This document shows, in pieces, positions 1 to 16,242 of a stretch of DNA of 64,000 nt. The stretch comes from the human T2T-CHM13v2.0 reference genome, Homo sapiens. Location of the stretch: the NCBI RefSeq assembly GCF_009914755.1, contig NC_060925.1; one strand, 5' to 3'. The notes under the pieces were generated by a model. It saw only the letters and a program-made list of their open reading frames with translations, was not told where the DNA came from and did not search any database. A program made the position numbers and the translations under genes. Position 1 is the stretch's first letter; every line of letters begins with the position of its first letter.

Positions 1-221
1 CCCAGAGATTTTGTTTTATTTTTAATGAGATGCTATCATTTCAGATTAATATCATATCTATTCGGTAAGACAGTCACTGATATTTCTTCTCATTTAATGG
101 TAGGTCTGAAAAACAAATAAGATCAAATAGCCTGGGTTTTTTTTTTTTTCATTTTATGTTAAAATTCCTTAAATTAGCAATCTAGTATTAATAGGCACTT
201 TAAAAAAATGTCTGTTTCAAG

Positions 222-372
222 GTTAATGTTACAAAGGCCAAAGGAAGACATGATTTGCTGGATCTGAAACCATTTACAGAATATGAATTTCAGATTTCCT
301 CTAAGCTACATCTTTATAAGGGAAGTTGGAGTGATTGGAGTGAATCATTGAGAGCACAAACACCAGAAGAAG
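222..372 (+). CDS. IL12RB2: IL12RB2 coding exon, 151 nt, end of cytokine-binding module with WSxWS (WSDWS at 327-341)
   Basis: ttcaag|GTTAAT ... GAAGAAG|gtatat; encodes [50 protein letters not shown]; phase 0 to 1. Confidence 0.97.
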
Positions 373-1120
373 GTATATGTCCAAAATATACATACCTATC
401 GGGGAGCAATAAAGGGGAGAGAGGGGGGAAGATGTAATGATTTCCTTGGAATAGAATCTTTAAACTACTGGTGCTGAATCAAAAAGCATGACTGCATTAG
501 TTAACAAGTTAATTTTTATATTAACTTAAGTGCTGAAACTGTTCAAGGAAATATGTTTGTGTTGCAAGGAAATTTTTAACATTGGGTAAGTTCTACTCCT
601 GTTTGCTATCAGTCATGTTGGTTATAATGCTTGGTTATAACTTATCTCTCTTACTATCTCAGTAACTTATTTCACAGAGCTATAACCAGTAATTAATCTC
701 ATTTCTTGTTAAAGCTTCATATGTTTTATATTTTTGATTCTATGAAAAGTAATGTGGCTCAATAAGCCATATGGAAAGCTTGAAAGAAAGTAGGCTCTGG
801 AGACACATATTTCAAAATAAAATTTAGCATCCAGCAATCCTCTCTTGTCCAAATATTATAACACTGTACTTCAAGCCTTTGATATTTACTGCACAAATGA
901 GAACCACCTGGCCACCCATAACTATGAAAAGGATATCAAATGTGTTTTTCAGTCTGATGAATTTTTCTTTTTTAGTAATTATTGGGAAGGGAATGTTATT
1001 GAAGTATAAGAAAATATTTTATTGAAGCAAAAATGCCTATGTAAACTTTATGCCAATATTAAATCTTTGGAGACACAAGAAATAGCCATCTGAATATTAG
1101 TTTTTAAAAGCACTCATTTA

Positions 1121-1513
<393 letters not shown>

Positions 1514-1780
1514 TCATTATCTGGAGCTTTTGTAACATTAACGTGCAAAATCTAAATTCTTATTTGTGAAATTTATGGATATGTGTGCATGTAAACTAGC
1601 CTCATAATTAAGTTGCATTTATTTTCTGTGAGCTACTAATGGCTTTTGATAACTGATGATCCTTAGCAATCATACATCAATGACATTCAAGGAACGGAAG
1701 GGCCTTTAGCAGAATATAATACCTAATATATGATTCATAGAATAATCTTATATTCTTCCTTACTTCTTGTATTAATTGCA

Positions 1781-2052
1781 TTTTTTTTTTTTTGAGACAG
1801 AGTCTTGCTCTGTCACCCAGGCTGGAGTGCAGTGGCACAATCTCAGCTCAGTGCAACCTCTGCCTCCTGTGTTCCAGTGATTCTCCTGCCTCAGCCTCCC
1901 AAGTAGCAGGGATTACATGCATGCGCCACCATGCCCGGCTAATTTTTGTTATTTTCAGTAGAGACAGGTTTCACCATGTTGGCCAGGCTGGTCTCGAACT
2001 CTTGACCTCAGGTGATCCACCTGCCTCGGCCTCCCAAAGTGCTGGGATTACA
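1781..2052 (-). mobile_element. AluS, 5' end missing
   Basis: polyT followed by reverse-complement Alu that stops at gctgggattaca. Confidence 0.9.
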
Positions 2053-3820
2053 GAATATATTTTAAAAATTGTCTAAAAGTGAATTTATCCAACAAATGAT
2101 AATTTATTACCACTCATTTTATAATAAAATCTCTTAATGTTGAACCACTTGCCCTCTGGTTGTTACTTTTATAATCCAGAGCTTACTCATAATATCGTTT
2201 TATGATATATAGTCAAAGTAATTTTTTTAAAGACTATCTCATGAATTAGATTTTGTTTATATATGTGGTACAGATAAAACTTCTGAAAATGGGCTATATT
2301 TTATATCCAAGTTCAAGGTAGTAAGTAGTCTGAAAAATATTTAAGTTATATCACATTAAGCTAAACTATAAACTAGGGAAACTCTGGGCTTGTGAATTCT
2401 TGTCATTCTTACTCACATATGATAATGACCTAGTTAGAGATGTGTGAAAAGGTTTTTCTTTTCTTTTTTAAAAAGTGTTTGTCTTTTGAATTAAAATTCC
2501 TTCAAGGCAGCACAGTAACTTTCTTATTTCCTATAAAATAAACCACCATCATAACAATGAGTATAGCAACTCATTATGGTTATGAACTCATGGATGATTA
2601 TGAATTGAACCTAGGAAGCTGGCTTATTCAGTCACTGAAGGTATTCATAAAGAGAGAAACCCATACTCTGAGATACACCACCTTTACCAAGCTCTGTTGG
2701 CTTCCTTTCTGTCTCTGAATCTCCCTTTTCTATGTTTGATTTTTCTGTGGGTTGTTGTAGGTCTTTTTTCTTTTACTCTAGGCTGCTTGGTTTTCACCCC
2801 TTACCCGCTGTTTCTGTCATCAGTTTCTTTATGAAACACCAACTGATGTAAACGTAAAAGGTGTGAATTTTTTTTAACACGTCTTCCTTTTAACCCTTTC
2901 AATGTGTACTCATATGTAACTTGGCATTTAAAAAAAATTAATAGTAAGCTTTTTTTTTTTTTTTTTTAGGTACTCTCTAAAACTGTGAATGACTCTACAA
3001 CAGAGTCAGCCTTTTTGCAGCCTTTGCTTCTCAAAATTGAGAGAAACGTAACATCTCCGGGTGGATTGGTGTAGTTGTTTATATCATTTGAACAGTGGGT
3101 TAGGGCTTCCTTTACTCCATAGGGCCCTTTACTATGTCATTAAATTCAGCTCCTATCACTGAAAAACACTTTTTAAATGACCGAAAAGTAAGGGATAGGA
3201 GGAAAGAAACTACTTTGCTGTGTTTAAGAGAACAGTCTTGAAATCAGCATCCATCAAAGGCAGGCCTGATAGTGACACTGGGAAGAGAGCAGCCACATTT
3301 TCCTTGTAGTGGGAAAACATTCTTGAATTTGAGCTCAAGGTGTCCAGACATGCCTGAGAACATGCACAGGTATTGAGGGAAGGTGATCTCTCACCACTTA
3401 GAACACCCAGGAAGAGATGCCAAAATACTGATTAATCAGCTATTCCTTAGAGCTATGTTACCAATATGTCTCTGTCTGTTAATCCGCCATTTTAAAAAGT
3501 CTTATTTGCAGTTTGTGATCTTGCTCAACTCTATTACAGCTAACAAAGGAATCGTTGCATGTTCATTCGTACTTTGGAGGGGCAGAGTGGTAAAGGAGAA
3601 ACCTTCCCCCATCATGGTGACAGCAAGGGTGAGGGGTGAATAATCCCTAAAGGGGGAGAAAATGAAGAGTTACCAGCTGCAGCCACCTCTTCCCACATTG
3701 AGAAGCTAGGAAATTCATGCACTCATTTGTAATTTAAAAATATTGCCAAGATAAGATAGGTGTGAACAATTAAATACTAGAGATTATTTTGGATAGCAAA
3801 CATTTGATAACAGTCAAGCT

Positions 3821-4449
<629 letters not shown>

Positions 4450-5719
4450 AAGCTAGCTATACTCGAAAGCATCATATTTGTGTCTTTTTGCTTGAGGCTT
4501 GAGAATGATTCTTTTCTCTTCTAAAGAGATTTATATCAGACACTTTCACTAACAGGAAAGTGTTATGTTTAAGATTCAGTAACAGTCTCTAAACCCTTCT
4601 CTCCTTCACTTGTTCTCCTCTAAGCTCAGCACCTATCTTGGAAGGAAGGAATGATAATTCAGAACTCTTTTCAAGAAGTTATATGAAGAAGAGCAGAGAT
4701 ATCAATCTTTTGTTGTTTTTGTTTTTAGGATCTGAGATAATACAGTGTATTTGCAAGGGGATGAAAAGAGTCCAGCAGAGAAGGAGAAATTAATGACACA
4801 GGGAAGGTGGGGATAATGACTGGAGAGACGTCTTTGATAAAGCAAGAGGGAGCGGGGTCCAGAACTCTAGCTAAAGAGTTGGACCGTGATGGAAGTAGGG
4901 ATGATTCATCCACTGGGACATCATTAACAGTGCTGTGTTAGGGAATTGGTTGGGGGAGTTTGAACGTTTTCATGGTGGAAAAAGAAGGGAATTTCCATCT
5001 GATTTCTTCCTTTTGCTCGGTGAAGTCTGAGGCAAGGTCATCTCTTTTTCATATTGGTGGCTTCTTCCACTTTAACCCTACAGTTTTTTCCTTTACAGAC
5101 AAAGTAGTTTCATCTGACTTCCATTTCTCATATTTGTATGCTTAGTCATTTGTACCCATTTCTTTTGAAATCACTTGAACATACTGGCCTTTGGCTTTTT
5201 TTTTCTCATGTGCCTATAATAGTTTTATCTGTATTTGGCTAGATAACTTTGAGGTTAGAACTTTTAGTGACTCTGTGACAGTTGAATGTCAAAGATTCTC
5301 CTCCCTATTAGCCCTTGTGTTGCTTTAAGCAGCAGTGATTTTACACCCCTGGTCATGAAATGTTACACTTTTTAGAGACTCATGCAGATTCAACTAATGA
5401 TTTCTCTCCCATGAAGGTATACATTGCAGGTAGGCACCATTAACATTTCAGTTTACTTGCAATTTACCTTGTGAAAAGAATATAATTCTAGAATTTGATT
5501 CTTAGCTCTGTAATAATCTGTTAGGTTGTGGATTTTTAATGAGTCAGTGAGTGTCCCCTTTAGATTTCTTACCAATATGTAATTAACTGAAGACATGTAC
5601 TGCTGTGGTACAAGTCAACTGGCTTTGACACTGAGCACACCCGGGTTTCCAAACCCTGATTTTACAAATGTCTGGATTATCTAGTTTGTGGAGTAGTCAG
5701 GTCTTGGTCAATGTAGTGA

Positions 5720-6640
5720 ACTGTAATGGGAAAAGCAGGGTCTTCGGGGAAAGCAAGACCTGGGTCCAGTCCTCAGCTTTGCCATTTACCAGACCCAGGT
5801 CTTTTGTAAATCATTTAACTTTTGCCAGCCTCCTTATCCTCAGCTGTAAAGCAGATGTAATCATATGCACCCTTGCGTTGTGTGAGGGTTAAACGAGATG
5901 ATGTATATAGTGTCCGGACAACACCTGACAGTAGGTGGTTAGTGAACGTCATATCCCCTTTCCTTTGTTGCCTGTGCTTTTTTTCTTTTTGCATCTAAGC
6001 TAGCAGATAGAAGTCCCAGGTTTGATTCCTGGGCCACTCTTCATATTCCTGGAGAATTAAGAGCATTTTCAAAATGTTTTACATAAGTGTTGCTTACCTC
6101 TAAGTCCTCACTGCAAAGGTAAATACTACTGCAAAGGAGAGAAAAGAAAAGAAGTGAATGTTTAGAAAAAAACAAAAAAGAAAGTAGAGCAAGAAAGGCA
6201 GGAAAAGGAAGTAATGAAGGAGAGGATAGAACAAAAAGAAGGCCCACCTGATGGGGGATGGAAGTATCGCAGAGAAACCATTAGCTTTCTCAGAGCCAGG
6301 CACCTGCACGGTGCAGAGCCAAGGCTATGGGCTCTGGGATAAAACGGATTTGTGTTCAAAGCCTGGCATCTCTGATGATTAGTTCTGGGACCTTAAGCAA
6401 GTTCCTTAACCTTTCAGCACTTCAGTTTTCAAATGCGGGAAACAGCAAGAGCTACACTTGCTGAGCACTCACCATGTGTCAGCACGCTCCACTGAAATTC
6501 CCACTCCACCCTGTGTGATATGTGGAATTATCACCCTCATCTGACAGATGAGGGAGCTAGCCGAAGGATGTGGTTAGCATTTGTTCAAAGTCACAGAGCT
6601 GGGCTTACCCCGCAGACCTGGCTCTGAAGCTCACACTGAC
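5720..6640. mobile_element. Cluster of MIR fragments
   Basis: MIR core-like phrases (ctcagctgtaaa...gtgagggttaaacgagatgatgta; gcaagttccttaacctttcagcacttcagttt; acagatgaggga...caaagtcacagag); boundaries approximate. Confidence 0.6.
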
Positions 6641-7460
6641 TACTGCAGGAGGAGGGGAGATGGAGCTGTGGATGGGCCTACACAGCACCTGCCCTCTACA
6701 TGTGGGTACTTACGCTCCCTTTCTTTCTCTTTTGCTCTTCTCTTATCTCCTGTTATCCAGGTGGTGGGACTTAATTTTCTAGAAATTTCCATCTGGTTAG
6801 ATGGAACCTTCTAACCTAGGAAAAAACCCCAGCGCAGCCTCCCCTCAAATACACTCTAAGTTTCACTGTTGAGGAAATTAGCTTGGTGCAGCTGAAGCCT
6901 GTTTTCAGGAGTTGTTTCTGCTGGTTCCACTCCTCGCTGTAAATCAAAACAAATCTAAGTGACTTGATGGTAGAGGAAACAAAATGACTTCACTCACTCA
7001 CGTGAGCATGAACTCATGCACACACACACTCACACTTACACATACAGGAGTTGATTATTTAGTCTCTTTGCAAGTATGTTTGGTTGAAATTAAGTTGGGC
7101 CATATTTGACCATTGTCTTACAGATTGGTGGTTATTTATTTAATCAGTTCAGCCTGTGTTTTGGCATTAAATAGATAATATCACATGATTTGTTCATTCA
7201 TTACTTAACAATTATTAGGAGCCTATTATATTCTAAGTGCTGCGCTGGGTATGTGGCATATTAAATGAGATAGGACTTCCCTTTAAGTACATCATTGTCT
7301 AATGATCACACACCAAATAATTGTACTATACCATGATAAGTCTAGGAATGGAGATGAACACAAGGTTTGTCATTTATATTAGTGTATTTTTACAAGACCA
7401 AAAAGTGTTTTTCTATATGAGTTGTATCTTCTCTGTTGAGAATTCTTTCTGCATTCTAGT

Positions 7461-7495
<35 letters not shown>

Positions 7496-7600
7496 CCACA
7501 TATACTTTATTTTTATTTTTTTGCTCTGTCTTATGGTGCTAAAGCCACATGTACTTTCCTTGGGTTATTTTAATAACACATGTTTTAAGAGTAAGTTAAG

Positions 7601-7934
<334 letters not shown>

Positions 7935-8180
7935 GTTAAGAAACAAATTCCTCATCATTTTTTTTTAAATTTGTTTTTAAGGTAACCTTGTTTTTCTGAC
8001 TTTTTGGCCAAAGATATATATGTTCATTGTTAAACAAGAAAAAGAAAAAATACTGGGACACACACAAATAATTGAAGTTATCCTCTAATTCTACTCTTCC
8101 AGAATTGTTTACTGAATGACCAGTTAACTTTCAAAGTAGTAAATATATGAAAATATGTCTTTTTTTCTCCTTTGAAACAG

Positions 8181-8260
8181 AGCCTACTGGGATGTTAGAT
8201 GTCTGGTACATGAAACGGCACATTGACTACAGTAGACAACAGATTTCTCTTTTCTGGAAG
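8181..8260 (+). CDS. IL12RB2: IL12RB2 coding exon, 80 nt (FNIII)
   Basis: aaacag|AGCCT ... TGGAAG|gtgagt; encodes (E)[26 protein letters not shown]; phase 1 to 0. Confidence 0.97.
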
Positions 8261-8691
8261 GTGAGTTTTAAGCGTCAACTTAAAACTCAAGGGAATAAAA
8301 CTGAAGGCAGAAAAAGACCTATTTGCATAGTGGCTTTTATATGAAGCTTCAATGATTTTGCTAGAGCTCATTTTCTCACATTCATGACACACCACAGTGT
8401 CATGTGCCTTTGGTGGATAGGGGTGAGAGCTGAGTTCCTTCTTCCACACAGTCACATCGTTTCAATCCCACTTCCTATAAGATCAAGGTCTTTTTCCATC
8501 CCTGGCATTTCCACCCTCTGACCCCAACTACTTCATCTCTTCTGACTGTTGTCCCCTTTCTGCCCACCCCCACCTCTCCTACATAAATATGCCCAGCAGT
8601 AACCATGTCACTTCACTTATTCACTCTTTGGGAAACAAAAGATGAAAAAGCTGTGGATGTGGATATTTAATAATGTTTGTTAAGTCATTGA

Positions 8692-9096
<405 letters not shown>

Positions 9097-10673
9097 TCAG
9101 GAATGGTAATAAAACAGTAGTAAATTAGACAACTTTCCAGAAAACAGTGAAGCCTGACATTATCATAGAATGCGAAAGTTTCACAAAGCACTGAAAGCTG
9201 GCATTACCATTTTATTTAATCCTCACAAAAATCCCCTGAGGTAAGTACTGGTACGCCCACTTACCAGTGAATGAGAAAACGAATGAATGAGTGAATGAAA
9301 AAACGAGTATCAGAGAGAGGAAAGAGAGGAAGTTCTTGCCCAAAGTCACCCAGCTACTGAGCACAGACCTGAGACTGAAACCTTATCCAGAACTGCTGCA
9401 TCGTGACTCATCTTTGTTGAAGGAAAATGCTGTGCGATTCGAATTGAGCTACTGATTGGCATGCTCATAAGAGGTTTCCTGGTGAACTGCACTCTTTATT
9501 TCTCAGGACTCACATCCTCTTCACTACACCTCTTCCAGTTGAGGATAGAAAGTTTTGGAATTATGAATCTGAATGAGCACAAAACCAGAAGAGTAAGAAT
9601 AACAATTATAAAGTCCTCTGATGGGGTTCACATGATGGGTTTTGATCATTGCACACTTCTTCAGTTTTAAGAAATGAGTTATTTCTTCTTCTTTCTCCTC
9701 CCTGTCTCTCTCACACACACATAAAACGTCTGGTATAAGAAGAGACTACTATAAATAGCCTGGTGAATCATGATCAGGCTCTTCACTTTGAAACTAACAC
9801 TGCAGCTCAAAATTTATTTTAAAATGAATCTACTTTCAATAGCAAGACAATTCTCAAAGCAGGACATTTAGAACAGCCATAATTTGTGAATGTTATAGAA
9901 GAACCCAGCCTAATTATTTCCTTTTCACGAGCAAGTGACTGGTTAAAACCAAAATTCCTCCTCTCATGTAAAGGTTTCTCCTCCAAAAATGTCCTCAACA
10001 GTGATCTGGAAAGATATGCTACGTGTTAATCTATTCCACGCCTCTCAACTCAAGGGTTTCTCTCAGTAGAATGAGGGTAACGATACAGGTATCTGCAAAG
10101 CTGACAAGACCATTGTGGGGATCAGCAAATGAGAGGACACAAATGTAAAAATCACAAGGGCCACCAGTGTAAAATTCAGCAGTGCTGCATGATGCGTGTT
10201 TATCCTGACAGTGAAAGCTCCATGCCTGCGTGCTTTTCACTGTAACAAACAGAGTTTATAGTGGACATCATCTTGGTTCTCTGAAACCAGCACCAGAGTG
10301 AAGTCGAAATAAGTATGTGTTGGCCATGAGTGATGCTTGGTAAATGTGAGTATGTGATTTCTTCTCTGCTGCCCTGATTTTATTTCTATCTTCACAAGGC
10401 TTAGGTTCTATAATGAGGTCTTGGAATTTGGAGGGACTTCAAAGCTCTTCTAGTTCAGCCTTCCTTTCATTATAAACATGGCTCCTACTCCTGCCAGGAC
10501 AGACAGATGTCTCAGTGGGGATATTCTGGGACAGGGAGAATCTCACTTTGTAGTCTGCCCATGCCATGGTTGAACATCTCTTATTGTTTAGAAAATGTTT
10601 CCTTTTGTGTAGCCAGAATTGTGGGCCCAAGAAGGATGCTTGGGGTTGGAACTGGCTTAGAAGAAACCAAAAA

Positions 10674-11211
<538 letters not shown>

Positions 11212-12029
11212 TCAGATGGTAGTCATCAAAAGCCAACCTCAAAACCTTCAGTGACTCTCTAGTCTAAGAGGCTCCCCAAGGAAAGTTGGATGCAGTCCTA
11301 TATTGTCACAGGATTAAGTCCTTTTCTGTCAAACCTGGGCTTCTTTAATGGCCCCAAACAGGCCACTCAACTGAGGGTGGGAATGGAAACACTGACCAGA
11401 GTTACTGAGCAGTCCTGCTTTGGACCACAGAACCACAGAGTTATAGACCTCTAGAGCCAAAGGGATTTAACTGTCATGTAGTCTCACCCCACAGTTTAAA
11501 ACATGGAAACTGAGGTTTCAAGAGGTGATTTCCAGTGAGGGGATTTCAGGTGATTTGAGTCCACTCTTATCCCAGCCTCTAATAGGGATTCCTCATGCCA
11601 CTCTCAGGCAGGCTTGGGAATTCAAGGGAATGCTGTGGTACAAGGGAGTTATCTAAGTGTCAGGCTAGAAGGAAAACTCTGCAGCCAGATCGCTTTGTGA
11701 CAGGGCCCAAGTCATACCTCACTGGGGAAAGGGAGCAAGGGCGTGTGTGGTGGGGTTTTTTGTTTTTTGGGTTTTTTTTGTTTTTTTTTGTTTTTGTTTT
11801 TTTCCTTTGAGCAACTCTGGGAAACCAAATGCAAGAAACGCCCACCACTGCAAAGAAGGAAATCTCATGCCTTGGCATCAAAGGAAGCACCAAGTAAAAC
11901 CCCATTTGCCTGTGAATAAAGTGAGAGCACTTTTCTCTTGCATATGGGGAAATGTGAGATGACCTTTCACTTTTGTAGGATGTTTACAATAGAGGAGAAC
12001 AACTCCGTGCTGATTGGGTGCAGCCCCTG

Positions 12030-12205
12030 GGGGTTGGGGTGGGAGTATGTGTGTGAGTGTGGGTGTGAATGTATGTGAGTGTAAGGATGTGAGTGTGTGG
12101 AAGGCGTGGGAGTGTGGGGATGTGAGTAGGGTGTGAATATGTAGGTATGTGAGTGTGTGTGTATGTATGAATGGGTGCATGTGTCAGTGTGTGAGGATGT
12201 GAGGA
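12030..12205. repeat. Degenerate (GT)/(GTGA)-rich low-complexity tract
   Basis: gtgtgagtgtgggtgtgaatgtatgtgagtgt... Confidence 0.85.
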
Positions 12206-12264
12206 TGTTGGTGAAGGAGACCTTTGCTTTGTTATGGCTTGTCACTCCTTTTCCCATGACTTAG

Positions 12265-13075
<811 letters not shown>

Positions 13076-13742
13076 TGATTACGAATAGCCCCAGGGTTGG
13101 ATTAGGCCCCTTTACAAAAGGGGGCTTTTAGCAATCCTCTCCCTCAAACTTCCTTTCTCTTCTCCTTCTGTACTGTTTTATATTGTATTCTTTCCTTTAT
13201 TAAGTATCTCAATCCATGATTCCAATATACTTCTTTTCTAGTTAAAACAGCATGTATCTTTTAAGAAGAAAACCACCTTTCATATATATATGAAAAAGAT
13301 ATGAGAACCAGGTAAAGCCACATCAACCGTTCTAGTTTCCTCTCTTAATTTCTTTAGCATCCTCTCATTATCTTGATCATAGCAAATCACAAACTTTTGA
13401 AATTTGTTTGAGGCCATGAGTCTGGAAGAGAAATATTCATGTTAAGCTCATTCATTTGCTCAAACAAACATATGAAAGCTCCTCTTTAGTATTAGACACT
13501 GTACTGCATAGCTGGGATATGAAAGTGAACAAGACAAATCCAGTCCTCATGTCCTGGAGCTCACAGTCCAGCAAGAGGACAGGAGTAGGAGCAGGATGCT
13601 GAGGACATTTGGGTGTTAGGGAGCAGTTCCAGGTTCAGGTGGAAGGATGATGGTTGAGCTCGCCTAGTGGAGCAGGGGAGTGGTGGGCAAGCAGAGAGGG
13701 ACACCTCTATGGATTTGGCATGGAAAGGATTACTTTAGTGAA

Positions 13743-14421
<679 letters not shown>

Positions 14422-14463
14422 TTCTGTGTTTTCAGAGCAATACAGAGAGAGTTAAGAAAATTC

Positions 14464-14753
14464 GGACTGGGCATGGTGGCTCATGCCTGTAATCTAAGCA
14501 CTTTGGGAGGCCGAGGTGGGAGGATCACCTGAGGTCAGGAGTTCAAGAGCAGCCAAACCCTGTCTCTACTAAAAATACAAAAATGTTAGCCAGGCATGGT
14601 GGCATACGGCTGTAATTCCAGCTACTCAAGAGGCTGAGGCAGGAGAATCACTTGAACCCAGGAAGCAGAGTTGCAGTGAGCCGAGATCACGCCACTGCAC
14701 TCCAGCCTGGACGACAGTGTGAGACTCCATTTCAAAAAGAAAAAAAGAAAGAA
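14464..14753 (+). mobile_element. AluS with small internal deletion
   Basis: Alu dimer; agccaaaccctg lacks tggccaacatggtg. Confidence 0.88.
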
Positions 14754-15919
14754 AACTCTTAGTTCCAAAAGTGGGGAAAAGATTTAGTGTTTTTTATTTG
14801 TTATACGAAGTAATTCATTTTGACAAACAGCTACCCTCAAACCACAGAAGATGGAAAGAAAGAGAAGATAGCAAGCCCCGTATACCAATTTACGGCACAG
14901 CCTGAGAGAGACTGTTGTGAAAGGAACAGCTTATTCAGTACATTCACTTTGTCTCTTTCTCCTTGTATCTCTCTCTCATATGCAGAATATTCCAACCTAT
15001 ATCACACTGCACTGAAGTGATGAATTCTTTGGCCTCCTCATATGAAAAAGCTTGTTAAAAGTAGAAAGTATTATTTGGGACCTGATTTATATTGATGTAG
15101 GACAAAGGTCTATTGTAAATCCCTAGTGAGGATTGGCTGCCAGGACCTTGGGGCATTTATATAATTATAGGAGCTATCCGATCTCAGAATCAATATTTAA
15201 ATACAAAAGCAGCAGATGGCACAATTTAGATTGTTTTGTTGCAATATTCAACTCTATCTCCCCCTTCCCAATCCTGGCCCATCACAGGCAGGCACAGCAT
15301 TTCCAAAGATATTTTTGGAAAGAAAGGGCTGCTTTTCCTTGCTTACTAGTCACACATGTTATGCCAGCTGAAAGTAGGGAATTTTGATTGGATAGCAGAA
15401 TGTGGCCAGTGCAAAAAAATAAGAGAGTAGGTAGCCAAGAATTAACAGAAGATAGAAAGAGGAGATGGAAAGGGCATTTTAAAGTTTTGCTTTCATGAAA
15501 GTTTCTCTTATTTTTCTGTTTTTCTAGCTGCCAAACAAGATAGAAATCATTATGCCACGGTCACCACCAAGAGGTTTGACTATCAGTTAAGTCAGTTCAG
15601 TATAGCAGAACACTGGGGAGTATCTAGGAAGTGCTAGCATGGTCCAGCAGTTAAGAGTTCACCTCTTGGTAGAGCTGTGCCACCTGGGTTTGAGTTCCAG
15701 CTTCACTACTTATTGGCTGGATGTTCTTGGGCAAAGTGCTTAAACTCTCTGTTCCTTATTTTATTCATGAGTAAAGTGCAGATCACATGAAGTTGTGAAG
15801 ATTAATGAAATCGTTGTGAAAAGTGTTAAGTTATTGTTATGAGGCAAACATTGTGCATGACATTGAAGGTGCTAGTGGGAAAATAGATCCTTAGATAGTT
15901 TCAATGGAGTGTTTTCTAA

Positions 15920-16242
<323 letters not shown>

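Noticed and set aside
618-690. Short inverted repeat ggttataact...agctataacc with a small direct repeat
   Set aside because: Too short and degenerate to call a MITE without a search.
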